This document shows positions 34,445-43,970 of a stretch of DNA of 64,000 bases, piece after piece. Position numbers and translations under genes: made by a program. A model generated the notes under the pieces. The model was not told the DNA's origin and ran no database searches. It saw only the letters and a program-made list of their open reading frames with translations. The DNA is from Bacteroidota bacterium (GTDB taxonomy: Bacteria; Bacteroidota; Bacteroidia; Bacteroidales; UBA4417), in assembly GCA_037142075.1 (NCBI GenBank), contig JBAXBJ010000006.1, positions 25,266-89,265 of the forward strand, read 5' to 3'. Numbering within the stretch: position 1 is the stretch's first letter; every line of letters starts with the position of its first letter.

Positions 34445-35725
34445 CTATTTTTTAGCAAGAGCTAAGTCAACCAAGTAATTAAGTGAGTTTTTTGTCAGAG
34501 TTTTAAGATTTCTGTCACCATTGGTAATAGGATTACCAACGTACCAGTCTATAGTTCCACCAAGAGCGGCTATAACTGCTCCTTTTGTTCCTTTAGCATC
34601 CCACATTACCATCTGTCCTTCATTCTGTCCACCATTTTCAACAAGAATTTTAGCTCCGGTCAATGTTAAAAAACTAGCTTTTCTGGTTGCTAATGGATCT
34701 GTGTCTCCGTTAGGAGCCCAAGGGCCAAAGTTCAGACTGTACTGGTTTGACCTGTTCTTTTTTAAACCTCCTGCTTCAATCAAAATAAAAGCAGGAGCCT
34801 GTATGCCAGGATCAGTGCTAAGGGATATTCCAGAAAACAGAGGACTTGTCGGATCACCTGCCCATCTTACCATCCAGGCACTGGCAGTAGCACCATCATC
34901 TACAGTTGGACCACCCCATGAATTGTTAGGAGCGTATTCTGGCTTTGAAACAACTCCAATTTCATCAACAATAGAACCAGCATAATTCCCAAGGAACAGA
35001 TTGCCCCCTGCTTCGTAATAGGCTTTTATTTTTGTAATGAAATTGCCTGCTAACGTTCCACAAGGCACGTCATATCCAATGCCGGTATTACTTAATAAGC
35101 AATGTTTTGAATTGCTAGGGAATTGGGCAACTTCGCCACCCCACCATCCACCATCAAACTGAATCCAGATTGCGTGGTATTTGCTAAGATCAGTTGCAGC
35201 GGCAGCATCCTCAAATGAGAGATAAGTAACTTGAGTTGTGCTTGAAGCCATAGATGTTAAACACCAATTAGCTGCTGTTTTATCATCCATAATATCAAAA
35301 TCTGTTCCGTTCAGTTTTGTCCATGCTGCATCCGTGTTCGTTGCAGCCTGGCCTATAAAAGCAATTTTGCGTAACTCAACTGATTTAAGTGTTACAGTAT
35401 AAGTATTGGTTACAGTACCGGATTTATCTTTAACAGTATAAGTGGCCGGATTTGTAAAATCAACAGTAGCACCCGAAACTGGAGTTATTGTTGCTTCTGC
35501 AGAAATAACAATTACTGGCTGCAAAGCAGCGAGGTTAGTACCAGGAGCCAAATCAGCAGTTATAGTCTTGGCCCCTTCGTTTATTGTGGCTGTAACATCA
35601 CCAATCTTGAAGCTGATAATGGATGCTTCGCCAGGTTGAACTTCATCTTTTTTACACGCGGTGAATAATGAAACTGCAAAAAGTATCATTATAACCCAAT
35701 TTAGTTGTTTTCTCATTTTGTTCAT
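34445..35725 (-). CDS. PUL-encoded surface lipoprotein, probable fructan-binding SGBP (SusE/F position; possibly DUF4960-like)
   Basis: 426 aa. Lipobox LFTAC and N-terminal Ig-like segment. It sits immediately downstream of SusD, as BT1761 does. The family name is from memory only. Confidence 0.6.
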   Translation of the reverse strand: MNKMRKQLNWVIMILFAVSLFTACKKDEVQPGEASIISFKIGDVTATINEGAKTITADLAPGTNLAALQPVIVISAEATITPVSGATVDFTNPATYTVKDKSGTVTNTYTVTLKSVELRKIAFIGQAATNTDAAWTKLNGTDFDIMDDKTAANWCLTSMASSTTQVTYLSFEDAAAATDLSKYHAIWIQFDGGWWGGEVAQFPSNSKHCLLSNTGIGYDVPCGTLAGNFITKIKAYYEAGGNLFLGNYAGSIVDEIGVVSKPEYAPNNSWGGPTVDDGATASAWMVRWAGDPTSPLFSGISLSTDPGIQAPAFILIEAGGLKKNRSNQYSLNFGPWAPNGDTDPLATRKASFLTLTGAKILVENGGQNEGQMVMWDAKGTKGAVIAALGGTIDWYVGNPITNGDRNLKTLTKNSLNYLVDLALAKK

Positions 35726-35786
35726 TGTTTCTGATTTTTAAAGGTTAGGTAGTTATGGTTTATTAATTGTGACTTTGATGTTTAGT

Positions 35787-37514
35787 TTAATATCCTTTAT
35801 TCTGTTTGTATAAGTCTTTACTTAGTATTATCTGTTGTTGGGGGATTGGTAAATATTCATTCTTGCTTTTAGTAAATGCTCCATCAACCAGGTACGTTCT
35901 TTTAGTTTTTTCTGTTGCAAAATAGTTGTCTAAGGTTTCTTTGGCAATGCCCCATCGCACCAGATCAAAGAAACGAATCCCTTCTTCAGCAAATTCCAGT
36001 CTCCGTTCCCACCTTAATGCTTTCCTTGCAAAATCCTTGTCAGGGAAGCTGGTGTATAGCCCGACCTTATAATTTGCTAGGGGATTACCGTTCTTATTAT
36101 ATAATCGACTGGTACTGTTAGCAGCTCTTTGCCTGATATCATTAATTATTGTGAGGGCTTCATCCAGTTGATTAAGTTCTATTAAAGCCTCTGCTTTCCA
36201 CAAAAGGACATCAGAAAACCTCATCAGAATTGTATTTTTGGAACTGGACATAAAGGGTGCTATGCGTTCAAAACATTCGCAATTAGGCGATACATTTTCC
36301 TTTAGTGAAGAGAAATTTCCATAAATATCGGGACGACGGGTCCAATCTGCGACAGTGTAAATTAAATTTGGTTCATACTTCCAGGGCTGATTAGGCATTG
36401 CAACTGTGTGACTCAATCTTGGATCAACAGTGTTAGAGGTTAGATTAAGATCTGAGTTATTAAATGTATCAAACAATGGAAGACCTATAGCATCAGTTTT
36501 AAATGAATTTACCAGGTTCTGACTTGGTATATGAAACCAGCAGCAGCCATATTCATTACTCATAGGAGCATTGAGCATTGCGGAATAATCAACGTTTCCT
36601 GTAAGTGTGCCATCATTATGTGAGCGCTGAATTGCCCACACAGTTTCTAATCCATTTTCGTAATCGGGAAGGAAGTTTTCTGCAAAATCATTTGACAACT
36701 TGTATTTGCCTGAAGTAATTACCTCGTTCACAAGTGATACGACTTCCTGCAATTTGGCAGTATTGATATTTGTTACATTATAATTTTCGTCCTGTTCGTA
36801 TGCTTGAAATAAAAGGACTTTTGCCAGGTAAGCTTTTGCAGTGAATTTATTAGGCCTGCCTTTATCAGCCTGCGTTTCTGGTAAATTATCAACTGCAAAA
36901 CGGAAATCATCCGCTATTTTATCCCACAACTCATTGCTTGTATAAGCTGTATTAGAGATTGCCTCAATATCAGATGCTGAAGCGTTTTCATCAAACCAAG
37001 GCACGCGATTATAAAGTATTTTTAAATCAAAGAAGTAATGTCCTCGTAAAAACTTCATTTCAGCTTCCCGGGTTGTTTTTGAAGGATATTGCTCAGTTGT
37101 AAGGGCTTTGAGACGAGCCAAAGCCAGGTTTGCACGTGAAATACCTACATATTGGCGTTCCCATTTTTTATTATTAATATCTCCGATTGCAGATGGAGCA
37201 TAAGCACTCATATCAGCCTGTATGGTTGAAAATACCTCAAATGCATGAAAAATTGAAATGTCGGCAGGTCCATCTCCTCCTTTGTAAGAATCACCTGCCC
37301 TTAAATCACCATATGGCCACAATAAATTGGGTACAGTGTAATGGTCGTTAGCCATTTGTGCATATGTTGCAATAACAAAGCCATCAATATTTTTAGGCGT
37401 ACTTAGTGCATCATCACCTACTATTCCTTGCGGCTTTACATCCAGATAATCTTTGCAGCCAAAGAATGCAGCACTGGTTAATATTACTGTAAGAATTATT
37501 TTTATCTTTTTCAT
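35787..37514 (-). CDS. SusD/RagB family nutrient-binding outer-membrane lipoprotein
   Basis: 575 aa. Lipobox FFGC, TPR-like helical sequence, directly downstream of the SusC-like gene (13-nt gap). Confidence 0.9.
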   Translation of the reverse strand: MKKIKIILTVILTSAAFFGCKDYLDVKPQGIVGDDALSTPKNIDGFVIATYAQMANDHYTVPNLLWPYGDLRAGDSYKGGDGPADISIFHAFEVFSTIQADMSAYAPSAIGDINNKKWERQYVGISRANLALARLKALTTEQYPSKTTREAEMKFLRGHYFFDLKILYNRVPWFDENASASDIEAISNTAYTSNELWDKIADDFRFAVDNLPETQADKGRPNKFTAKAYLAKVLLFQAYEQDENYNVTNINTAKLQEVVSLVNEVITSGKYKLSNDFAENFLPDYENGLETVWAIQRSHNDGTLTGNVDYSAMLNAPMSNEYGCCWFHIPSQNLVNSFKTDAIGLPLFDTFNNSDLNLTSNTVDPRLSHTVAMPNQPWKYEPNLIYTVADWTRRPDIYGNFSSLKENVSPNCECFERIAPFMSSSKNTILMRFSDVLLWKAEALIELNQLDEALTIINDIRQRAANSTSRLYNKNGNPLANYKVGLYTSFPDKDFARKALRWERRLEFAEEGIRFFDLVRWGIAKETLDNYFATEKTKRTYLVDGAFTKSKNEYLPIPQQQIILSKDLYKQNKGY

Positions 37515-37527
37515 GGTTTATAAGTTG

Positions 37528-40500
37528 TTAGAGTGATAAATCCAATCCTATAGAATAAGATGCCGGAATTGGGAAGGCATAATTGGGGTTTTCGGGGTCT
37601 GTACCAGTAAAACTTTTACTCTTAATGGTTAACATGTTTTGACCCTGAAAATAGATACGTACTCTTTGCATTTTGAGTTTTTGAACTATTTTCTCAGGCA
37701 ACTTGTATCCTAATGTGAAATTTCTGAGTTTGAGGTAAGAGCCAGACTCAATAAAGTAAGTAGATAATCTGCCCTCGTTATTCCTGTCGATTATAGTTAA
37801 TTGTGGAATTGTAGAACCAGTATTAGTAGGACTCCATGCATCCAGCGTTCTGGCTCCCCAGTTTGTTCCCGGCCAAAGAGAAGCGAAATCAGTATACGTT
37901 TTATATGAATTGTAGACATCAATTCCTGATACACCCTGTAAGAAGAAAGAAAGGTCAAATTGCTTATAGTCGACTGCTATGTTGAGGCCGTAGGTAATTT
38001 TTGGATCAACAGTACCGATAAACTGCTGATCTTTTTCATTAATGATTCCGTCGTCATTAAGGTCTTTATACCTAATTCTACCAATCCCTTTACCTGTCTG
38101 TTCTGCATGTGCGTCAACCTCGGTCTGATTCTGGAATAATCCATCTGCAACATATCCGTAAATAGAATTAACTGAATGGCCTACAATCAAATCACGTCCT
38201 AATTCTGTTTTTGCTTCGTTAGGTACAATAGGGCTAAGTGGCGCATTTATTAATAATTCGTCAGGAATATCAACTACAGTGTTTTTTAATGTGGCCATGT
38301 TACCAGAAATATCCACAAAGAATTCGTGAACTTGTTTGCGATAGTTCAGTAAGAACTCAAAACCTTTATTCTGTATATCTCCTCCATTCACCATCTGTTT
38401 GTTACCTTCTCCAACTGCACTTATGAGCGTACGGTAGTATAATATATCATTTGAGTTTTTAATAAAGTAATCAACCGAACCACTCCAATCATCAAAAAGA
38501 GTAAAGTCAATCCCCAAATTTGTTTGAGCTGTTGACTCCCATTTGAGGTTATCGTTAGCCATTTGAGAATAAATAAATCCTGATGGCAACTGTCCTTGAT
38601 CAATGCCGGCTATATCATAGGCAGTTCCTAAACGAGGCAAATATGTTGGGGTTGGATTATCCCATATCGGATCTTCTTTGCCATAAACAGCCTGATAAAT
38701 ATTGTATATAGCAAGGTCATTGATTTCCTGGTTACCATTTACACCCCAGCTAGCACGAATTTTAAGGAAGAATGGAAATGAGATATTATCCTTAAAGAAT
38801 TTTTCTTCTGAAATTTTCCATCCGCCAGAGACTGATGGGAAGTTACCATATCTGTTATTTTTGCCGAATCGGGATGATCCATCGCGACGAATTGTAAAAG
38901 ACAGAAGGTATTTATCATCAAATGAGTAGTTTAATTTTCCAAACAGCGATGCAAGTGTTGAAATTCTTCCTCCACCAGCATTTAATTGGTTTTTTGATCC
39001 GGTGCTCAAGTAGCCAAAATCCAGGTTTTCGCTTACCAATCCTTGCCTTGAAGCGTTGAACCAGTCTTCTTTATACTTAATATGTTCAGTGCCAAGCAAA
39101 AAATCAGCATTATGACGGCCTTGACTAAGCTTGTAAGTGAGAGTATTTGACCAAACATAATTGCCTTTGATATTGGTGGAATTACTTATTGTATTATCAT
39201 CTTCAACTAAAAATCCTGAAACATAACTTTTCTGAAGCGTACGTGCATAATAAATACTGTAATCAATTCCAAAACTCGATTTAAAACTAAGGTTTTTAAT
39301 CGGATCAATTTGTAAATACACATTTCCAAATGGGCGTGAATACCGATAAAAATTTTGTTTGTTATCTTCAATCAATCGAACCGGATTCTGCCTGTCAGTC
39401 ATACCAGGTGCAGGACCTCCCCATCCACCATCAATAGTATGGACTGGAACTATAGGTTGCTGTACAAGAGAAGTAAACAACACATCACCTGAGTTTATCA
39501 TACTTTCTTGCTGGTATGAGATTGTGAAGTTCTCACCAATTGTAAGTTTGTTGTTAAAAAGGTTATAACTGGAATTGAAACGAGCATTATAACGTGTAAA
39601 GTTGGTTTCTTTAATAATCCCATTATTATCATATACGCCCAACGAAAACAAGCTCCTGCTTTTTTCACCTCCCTTTGATACAGTAAGGTTATAGTTTTGT
39701 TGTAATGAGGTATTTGAAACTTCATCATACCATCTGGTATCGGCGGCTCGCATAGTATGGTCAGGGTCAATATATTCAGGGAGAATAATATCACCTAGAA
39801 TGGGATTGTTGTAGTCACCATTCCAAACGTATGTATAAATAGGATTTGCCGGAGAGAGTTTGTCGTTAACACAAGCTTTCCAATAAACCAGGCCTCTATC
39901 ATATGTATTAAGCGGATCTAACTTGGTTGTATAATGTTGTGACGACAAGTTTGAAGTGAACTCTATCTTTGGTTTTTCATTTTTTGCACTTTTTGTTGTA
40001 ATTACAATAACGCCATTGGCAGCCCTTGAACCATAGATGCTAGCTGAAGCCGCGTCTTTCAATACCTGCATTGATTCAATATCATTAGAATTTAATTCAT
40101 GCATGCCTGATTTTGTTGGCACACCATCGATTACATAGAGTGGATCATTATTATTAAGTGTACTACTTCCCCGTATACTAATTCTTGCACCTGCACCCGG
40201 TGATCCGTCGGTTGTGACAAATACACCAGGAACACGGCCCTGGATATTTTTAATGATATTTCCAGAAGGAAGACGTTTTATTTGGTTTAAGTCAACAACA
40301 GAAACAGAACCTGTGAGATCTTTTTTCTTCTCGCTGGTATATCCAACAACTACTAATGCATCAAGTTGGGTTACTGCTGGTGCCAGAGTGATATTCTGTG
40401 TTTTGGTTTGGTTAACTTCTACTTCTTGTGGCTCGTAGCCTACAAAAGAAAATACTAACGTGGCTATTTTCGAAGGAATATTTACAGTGTAATTACCATT

Positions 40501-40692
40501 GATATCAGTTACAGTACCGGTAGTAGTGCCTTTAACAACAATATTGACACCTGGTATCGTTGATTGGTTAGTTGCATCTGAAACCGTGCCTGTGATTTTA
40601 ATTTGCGCAAAAGCACTGGCTGCTGACATTCCAAAGAATATCACCAAAGTCAAATATCTGATAATTAATTTTTTAGGGGTTGTATTTCTCAT
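37528..40692 (-). CDS. SusC/RagA family TonB-dependent outer-membrane transporter
   Basis: 1054 aa. Signal peptide, a carboxypeptidase-regulatory-like domain (IKITGTVSDATNQSTIPGVNIVVKG...NGNYTV), plug and barrel. The C-terminus ends ...GLDLSL. Confidence 0.9.
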   Translation of the reverse strand: MRNTTPKKLIIRYLTLVIFFGMSAASAFAQIKITGTVSDATNQSTIPGVNIVVKGTTTGTVTDINGNYTVNIPSKIATLVFSFVGYEPQEVEVNQTKTQNITLAPAVTQLDALVVVGYTSEKKKDLTGSVSVVDLNQIKRLPSGNIIKNIQGRVPGVFVTTDGSPGAGARISIRGSSTLNNNDPLYVIDGVPTKSGMHELNSNDIESMQVLKDAASASIYGSRAANGVIVITTKSAKNEKPKIEFTSNLSSQHYTTKLDPLNTYDRGLVYWKACVNDKLSPANPIYTYVWNGDYNNPILGDIILPEYIDPDHTMRAADTRWYDEVSNTSLQQNYNLTVSKGGEKSRSLFSLGVYDNNGIIKETNFTRYNARFNSSYNLFNNKLTIGENFTISYQQESMINSGDVLFTSLVQQPIVPVHTIDGGWGGPAPGMTDRQNPVRLIEDNKQNFYRYSRPFGNVYLQIDPIKNLSFKSSFGIDYSIYYARTLQKSYVSGFLVEDDNTISNSTNIKGNYVWSNTLTYKLSQGRHNADFLLGTEHIKYKEDWFNASRQGLVSENLDFGYLSTGSKNQLNAGGGRISTLASLFGKLNYSFDDKYLLSFTIRRDGSSRFGKNNRYGNFPSVSGGWKISEEKFFKDNISFPFFLKIRASWGVNGNQEINDLAIYNIYQAVYGKEDPIWDNPTPTYLPRLGTAYDIAGIDQGQLPSGFIYSQMANDNLKWESTAQTNLGIDFTLFDDWSGSVDYFIKNSNDILYYRTLISAVGEGNKQMVNGGDIQNKGFEFLLNYRKQVHEFFVDISGNMATLKNTVVDIPDELLINAPLSPIVPNEAKTELGRDLIVGHSVNSIYGYVADGLFQNQTEVDAHAEQTGKGIGRIRYKDLNDDGIINEKDQQFIGTVDPKITYGLNIAVDYKQFDLSFFLQGVSGIDVYNSYKTYTDFASLWPGTNWGARTLDAWSPTNTGSTIPQLTIIDRNNEGRLSTYFIESGSYLKLRNFTLGYKLPEKIVQKLKMQRVRIYFQGQNMLTIKSKSFTGTDPENPNYAFPIPASYSIGLDLSL

Positions 40693-40736
40693 GGTTTTAT
40701 TATTTGAGAATAGTTTTAGGTATGTTTGTTTGAAAT

Positions 40737-41666
40737 CTATGTAGTTTCAACTTTTGATGTCGTTATGAAATCCAAAACTACTTCTTTTTTATAGTCAGGT
40801 GTTGCACCCGGTTGTGATGCAACAAAAGCACCAATAGCAGAAGCTTCGGTAAGTGCGGTTCCCATGTCTTTTCCTTCAAAAAAGGCTGCCAGAAAACCTG
40901 CCAGGAAAGCATCGCCAGCTCCTACTGAATCCTCTGTGGCTACTTTAAATCCTTTGTGATGGTAGAGTTTATTTTTGTGAAGAATATAAGCTCCGTTTTT
41001 ACCCATAGTAACGATCAGGGTCTCCAGGTTCAATAAAGTACCGAAAGATATGATCCTTTCTTCAAGTGTACCGGATAAATCGTACCAAACGGAAATTTTC
41101 ATCAGTTCATCATCATTTAGCTTAACTATGTCAGCTTTTTCCAGCAGCGGTTTAACATTTGCCTCTGTATCGTAAGGTGGCCTGAGATTAACATCCATGA
41201 TTTTCAGGATGTTATTTTCCATAAGCTTGATGAGTGTATTCCTTGTAGTGGTATTGCGTGATGCCAGCGAGCCAAAGACAATGGCGCTGGATACTTTCAC
41301 TTCGGCCAACAATTCAGGGGTAAGAGTTATTCCATCCCATGCAACTGGCTCACAGATCTCGTATGAAGCCGTGTTATGCTCATCCAGAAAAACAAGCACT
41401 TCGCTTGTTGGTAAAGATTCGTGGACCTGGATCAAGTCGGTTCTTAAACCGGATTGTTTAAGGAAATCAACCAGGTCAGTTCCCTTTTTATCGTTTCCTA
41501 TACTGCTGGCCACCGATGAACTGATGCCAAAACGTGATAAATGCAGCGCAACATTCATAGGAGCTCCTCCTGGCACTGGTCCGCTGGGAAGATTATCCCA
41601 TAATATTTCGCCGAAGCAGAGAATCTGGTTATTATTGTTCATTGTTTTGGTTTTAATTTTATTCAA
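40737..41666 (-). CDS. PfkB-family sugar kinase, fructokinase-like
   Basis: 309 aa. N-terminal ILCFGEILWD and C-terminal VGAGDAFLAGF motifs. PUL context matches BT1757. The true start may be the internal MNNNNQ. Confidence 0.85.
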   Translation of the reverse strand: MNKIKTKTMNNNNQILCFGEILWDNLPSGPVPGGAPMNVALHLSRFGISSSVASSIGNDKKGTDLVDFLKQSGLRTDLIQVHESLPTSEVLVFLDEHNTASYEICEPVAWDGITLTPELLAEVKVSSAIVFGSLASRNTTTRNTLIKLMENNILKIMDVNLRPPYDTEANVKPLLEKADIVKLNDDELMKISVWYDLSGTLEERIISFGTLLNLETLIVTMGKNGAYILHKNKLYHHKGFKVATEDSVGAGDAFLAGFLAAFFEGKDMGTALTEASAIGAFVASQPGATPDYKKEVVLDFITTSKVETT

Positions 41667-41675
41667 TTTGGGCTT

Positions 41676-41836
41676 GAAGTCAGAAGTCGGGAGACCGAAG
41701 TCCTATTCTTCAAGTTTATTTTAATTCGTCAAAATCTTTTCTTGCCGTATTTCTTCCCTCCGCCCTTCGACATCCAACTTCCGACATCCGTCTTCCAGCC
41801 TCTCTCCCCACTATTTTCTATTCCCCATTTTCTATT
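41676..41836. repeat. Mosaic word-repeat spacer between the MFS transporter and fructokinase genes
   Basis: Contains gaagtcagaagtcgggagaccgaagtc (41676-41702), catccaacttccgacatccg, tctccccact (41803-41812) and attttctatt x2 (41813-41822, 41827-41836). These words are shared with 23116-23140, 23203-23212 and 3290-3314. Confidence 0.8.
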
Positions 41837-41838
41837 AA

Positions 41839-43182
41839 CTAATTCTTCCCCAGCAATTCAGCATGTATAACCTCGAGCGCTTTTCCCTTGGTTTCGGGGA
41901 TCCAGATCTTTACAAAAATCCAGGCCACTACACTGAAGAATCCGAATATGCCAAACAGATATTGTAAACCCAATGTTCCGTGTATTACCGGAGCAAAATA
42001 AACGGTAAGGAAAGTGCATAACCAACTTACAGCCGTTGAAAACGACATGGCAACACCTTTGATCCGGTTTGGATAAATTTCGGAAATGATCACCCACATT
42101 ACCGGGGCAAACGAGGCTGCAAAAAATGCTATGTAAACCAGCATGGCTATTAAAACGCCGGTTCCGTTTTGCTCTGCTTTTGCGAATTCAATTGTGAGGT
42201 ATGCAAGCGAAGCAGTCATTCCAACGGCTCCCCACAGCAATAAAGTTTTGCGTCCGCTCTTATCAACCAGCCACAAAGCAAGTATGGTCGCCAGGAAGTT
42301 TACTGTACCTACAATCATTGCCAGCATTAACGAATCAACCTTAGCTGCACCTGCTGCCTGGAAAATATCAGGAGCAAACATGATTACGGCATTTATACCT
42401 GTCACCTGCTGAAAGGCTGCAATCAGGGTTCCGATCAGAACAATTTTCCCTGTTTTTCCTTTAAACAGTTCGCTTACCGACATTTTCTCCTTCTTCTGTT
42501 CTGCTGCCAGTGCAATTTTCATTTCCGGCAATTCTTCATCCACCAGTTTTTGGCCTCCCAGTTTGATCAAAACTTTTTCAGCTTCCTCTTTATGTCCGTG
42601 TGCAAAAAGCCAGCGGGGACTTTCCGGAAAATCGAGAAGAAGAAATATAAGGTAAAATACCCCGAAAATGGCTGGAACGGCAAGCATGTAACGCCAGCTG
42701 TTCTCACCGGAATTCACCAGGAGATAATCGAATATGTATGCTACAACAATTCCGATTGTAATAGCAAACTGGTTGAATGAAACCAGTCGTCCGCGTTTTT
42801 TGGCGGGAGCAATTTCAGAAATATACATGGGAGCAACCACCGAAGTAGCACCTACAGCCAGGCCTGATAACAGGCGAAATGCAATAAGTATTAATGAAGA
42901 ACCGGCAACTGCACAGCCCAAAGCTGATATAATATAAAGTACAGCGGTTGCTATCATCACTTTTTTTCGCCCGTACTTCTCAGTGAAGTTGCCTGTAAAT
43001 AAGGCGCCTACTAAGCACCCGATTGTGAGTAAGGCAGCAACAGTGCCCAGACCGCTGTCAGTCAGCGAGAAATCTCCTTTAATTCCATCAACGGCACCTG
43101 AAATTCCTGCCATGTTTAATCCAAACAGTAGCCCGCCCATTACGGCTACAAAAGTCACCCAGATTAAGAATCGTGTATTCAT
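41839..43182 (-). CDS. MFS sugar porter family transporter (fructose/monosaccharide importer)
   Basis: 447 aa, 12 TM. GRKK, FPESPRWL and IPETKGK sugar-porter signatures. Confidence 0.9.
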   Translation of the reverse strand: MNTRFLIWVTFVAVMGGLLFGLNMAGISGAVDGIKGDFSLTDSGLGTVAALLTIGCLVGALFTGNFTEKYGRKKVMIATAVLYIISALGCAVAGSSLILIAFRLLSGLAVGATSVVAPMYISEIAPAKKRGRLVSFNQFAITIGIVVAYIFDYLLVNSGENSWRYMLAVPAIFGVFYLIFLLLDFPESPRWLFAHGHKEEAEKVLIKLGGQKLVDEELPEMKIALAAEQKKEKMSVSELFKGKTGKIVLIGTLIAAFQQVTGINAVIMFAPDIFQAAGAAKVDSLMLAMIVGTVNFLATILALWLVDKSGRKTLLLWGAVGMTASLAYLTIEFAKAEQNGTGVLIAMLVYIAFFAASFAPVMWVIISEIYPNRIKGVAMSFSTAVSWLCTFLTVYFAPVIHGTLGLQYLFGIFGFFSVVAWIFVKIWIPETKGKALEVIHAELLGKN

Positions 43183-43328
43183 CTTTTTAAAATTTAAGTT
43201 TCTACTATTTAGATTAGGTGTTCGGATGGTTGGTTACCCCTTTAGAAATCCCGCCAGTAACAATTTAGGAAGGGTTGTGCTGATTTTTTTTCGCGGTGGA
43301 GCAATGAATTTTTGTGATTGTTCTGAAG

Positions 43329-43336
43329 CAAATTTA
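43329..43336 (-). promoter_or_regulatory. Possible -7 box (TAAATTTG on the minus strand) for the PUL operon
   Basis: The plus strand reads caaattta, which matches TAnnTTTG on the transcribed strand, about 147 nt upstream of the MFS start. Confidence 0.25.
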
Positions 43337-43439
43337 ATAATGTCTCCAGCCGGGGGCATTAAAAATTGATACAAGTGCCACGACTGATGTTACATTTTTG
43401 CCGATTTTAATGGCTATTATCAATTATGTTACACGAGTG

Positions 43440-43474
43440 TCAAATTTTGAAAAATAGCTTTGAAAGATTTTCAA
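43440..43474. promoter_or_regulatory. Two palindromes (TCAAATTTTGA; TTGAAA-GAT-TTTCAA) upstream of the Rieske gene
   Basis: Read directly at 43440-43450 and 43460-43474, 60-95 nt upstream of 43536. Confidence 0.3.
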
Positions 43475-43535
43475 GCTCAGCTTCAAACATTTCATTTTAG
43501 TATAATACAGTCATTGATGAAAAATCTTTATAGTT

Positions 43536-43967
43536 TTGACGAATATTAAAAATGAATTGGATAAAGGCAGATATATAAACCGTAAAACATTCCTGAGGCT
43601 GGCAACTTTCGGTGTAGCTGCGACATTTGTTGCGCTATGGAGTATTCTGGCAGGGAAAAACAAACAGTTATCGGAGCGAACTTCTGTTAGCCGGATCAAT
43701 GCTGCTAAACTGGGAACCGGAATTTTCCTGTTCGACAAATACATTCTTGTAAAATCTGCTGCTTCTTTAAAGGTTTTTTCGAATAAATGTACCCATGCCG
43801 GTTGCCGCATCAACCAGGAAATCGACGGTCAGTTGGTTTGCCCGTGCCATGGTTCAAGATATGATTCATCAATAGGCAAAGTATTGCAGGGACCGGCAGG
43901 ACTTCCATTATCAACAATTCCTTTCAGCACGGATGCAAAAACCGGCGAAATCACAATAAAAATCTGA
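43536..43967 (+). CDS. Rieske 2Fe-2S protein (Rieske/cytochrome b complex subunit)
   Basis: 143 aa with a TTG start as listed. N-terminal Tat-like/anchor segment [26 protein letters not shown]. Canonical cluster boxes CTHAGC and CPCHGS. Confidence 0.85.
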   Translation: MTNIKNELDKGRYINRKTFLRLATFGVAATFVALWSILAGKNKQLSERTSVSRINAAKLGTGIFLFDKYILVKSAASLKVFSNKCTHAGCRINQEIDGQLVCPCHGSRYDSSIGKVLQGPAGLPLSTIPFSTDAKTGEITIKI

Positions 43968-43970
43968 GGT

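Noticed and set aside
27100-43400. Calling the fructan PUL a mobile element or genomic island
   Set aside because: There is no integrase, transposase, tRNA target or flanking direct repeats. The only evidence is an uncomputed visual impression of lower GC. I kept it as a hypothesis in the findings, not as a feature.
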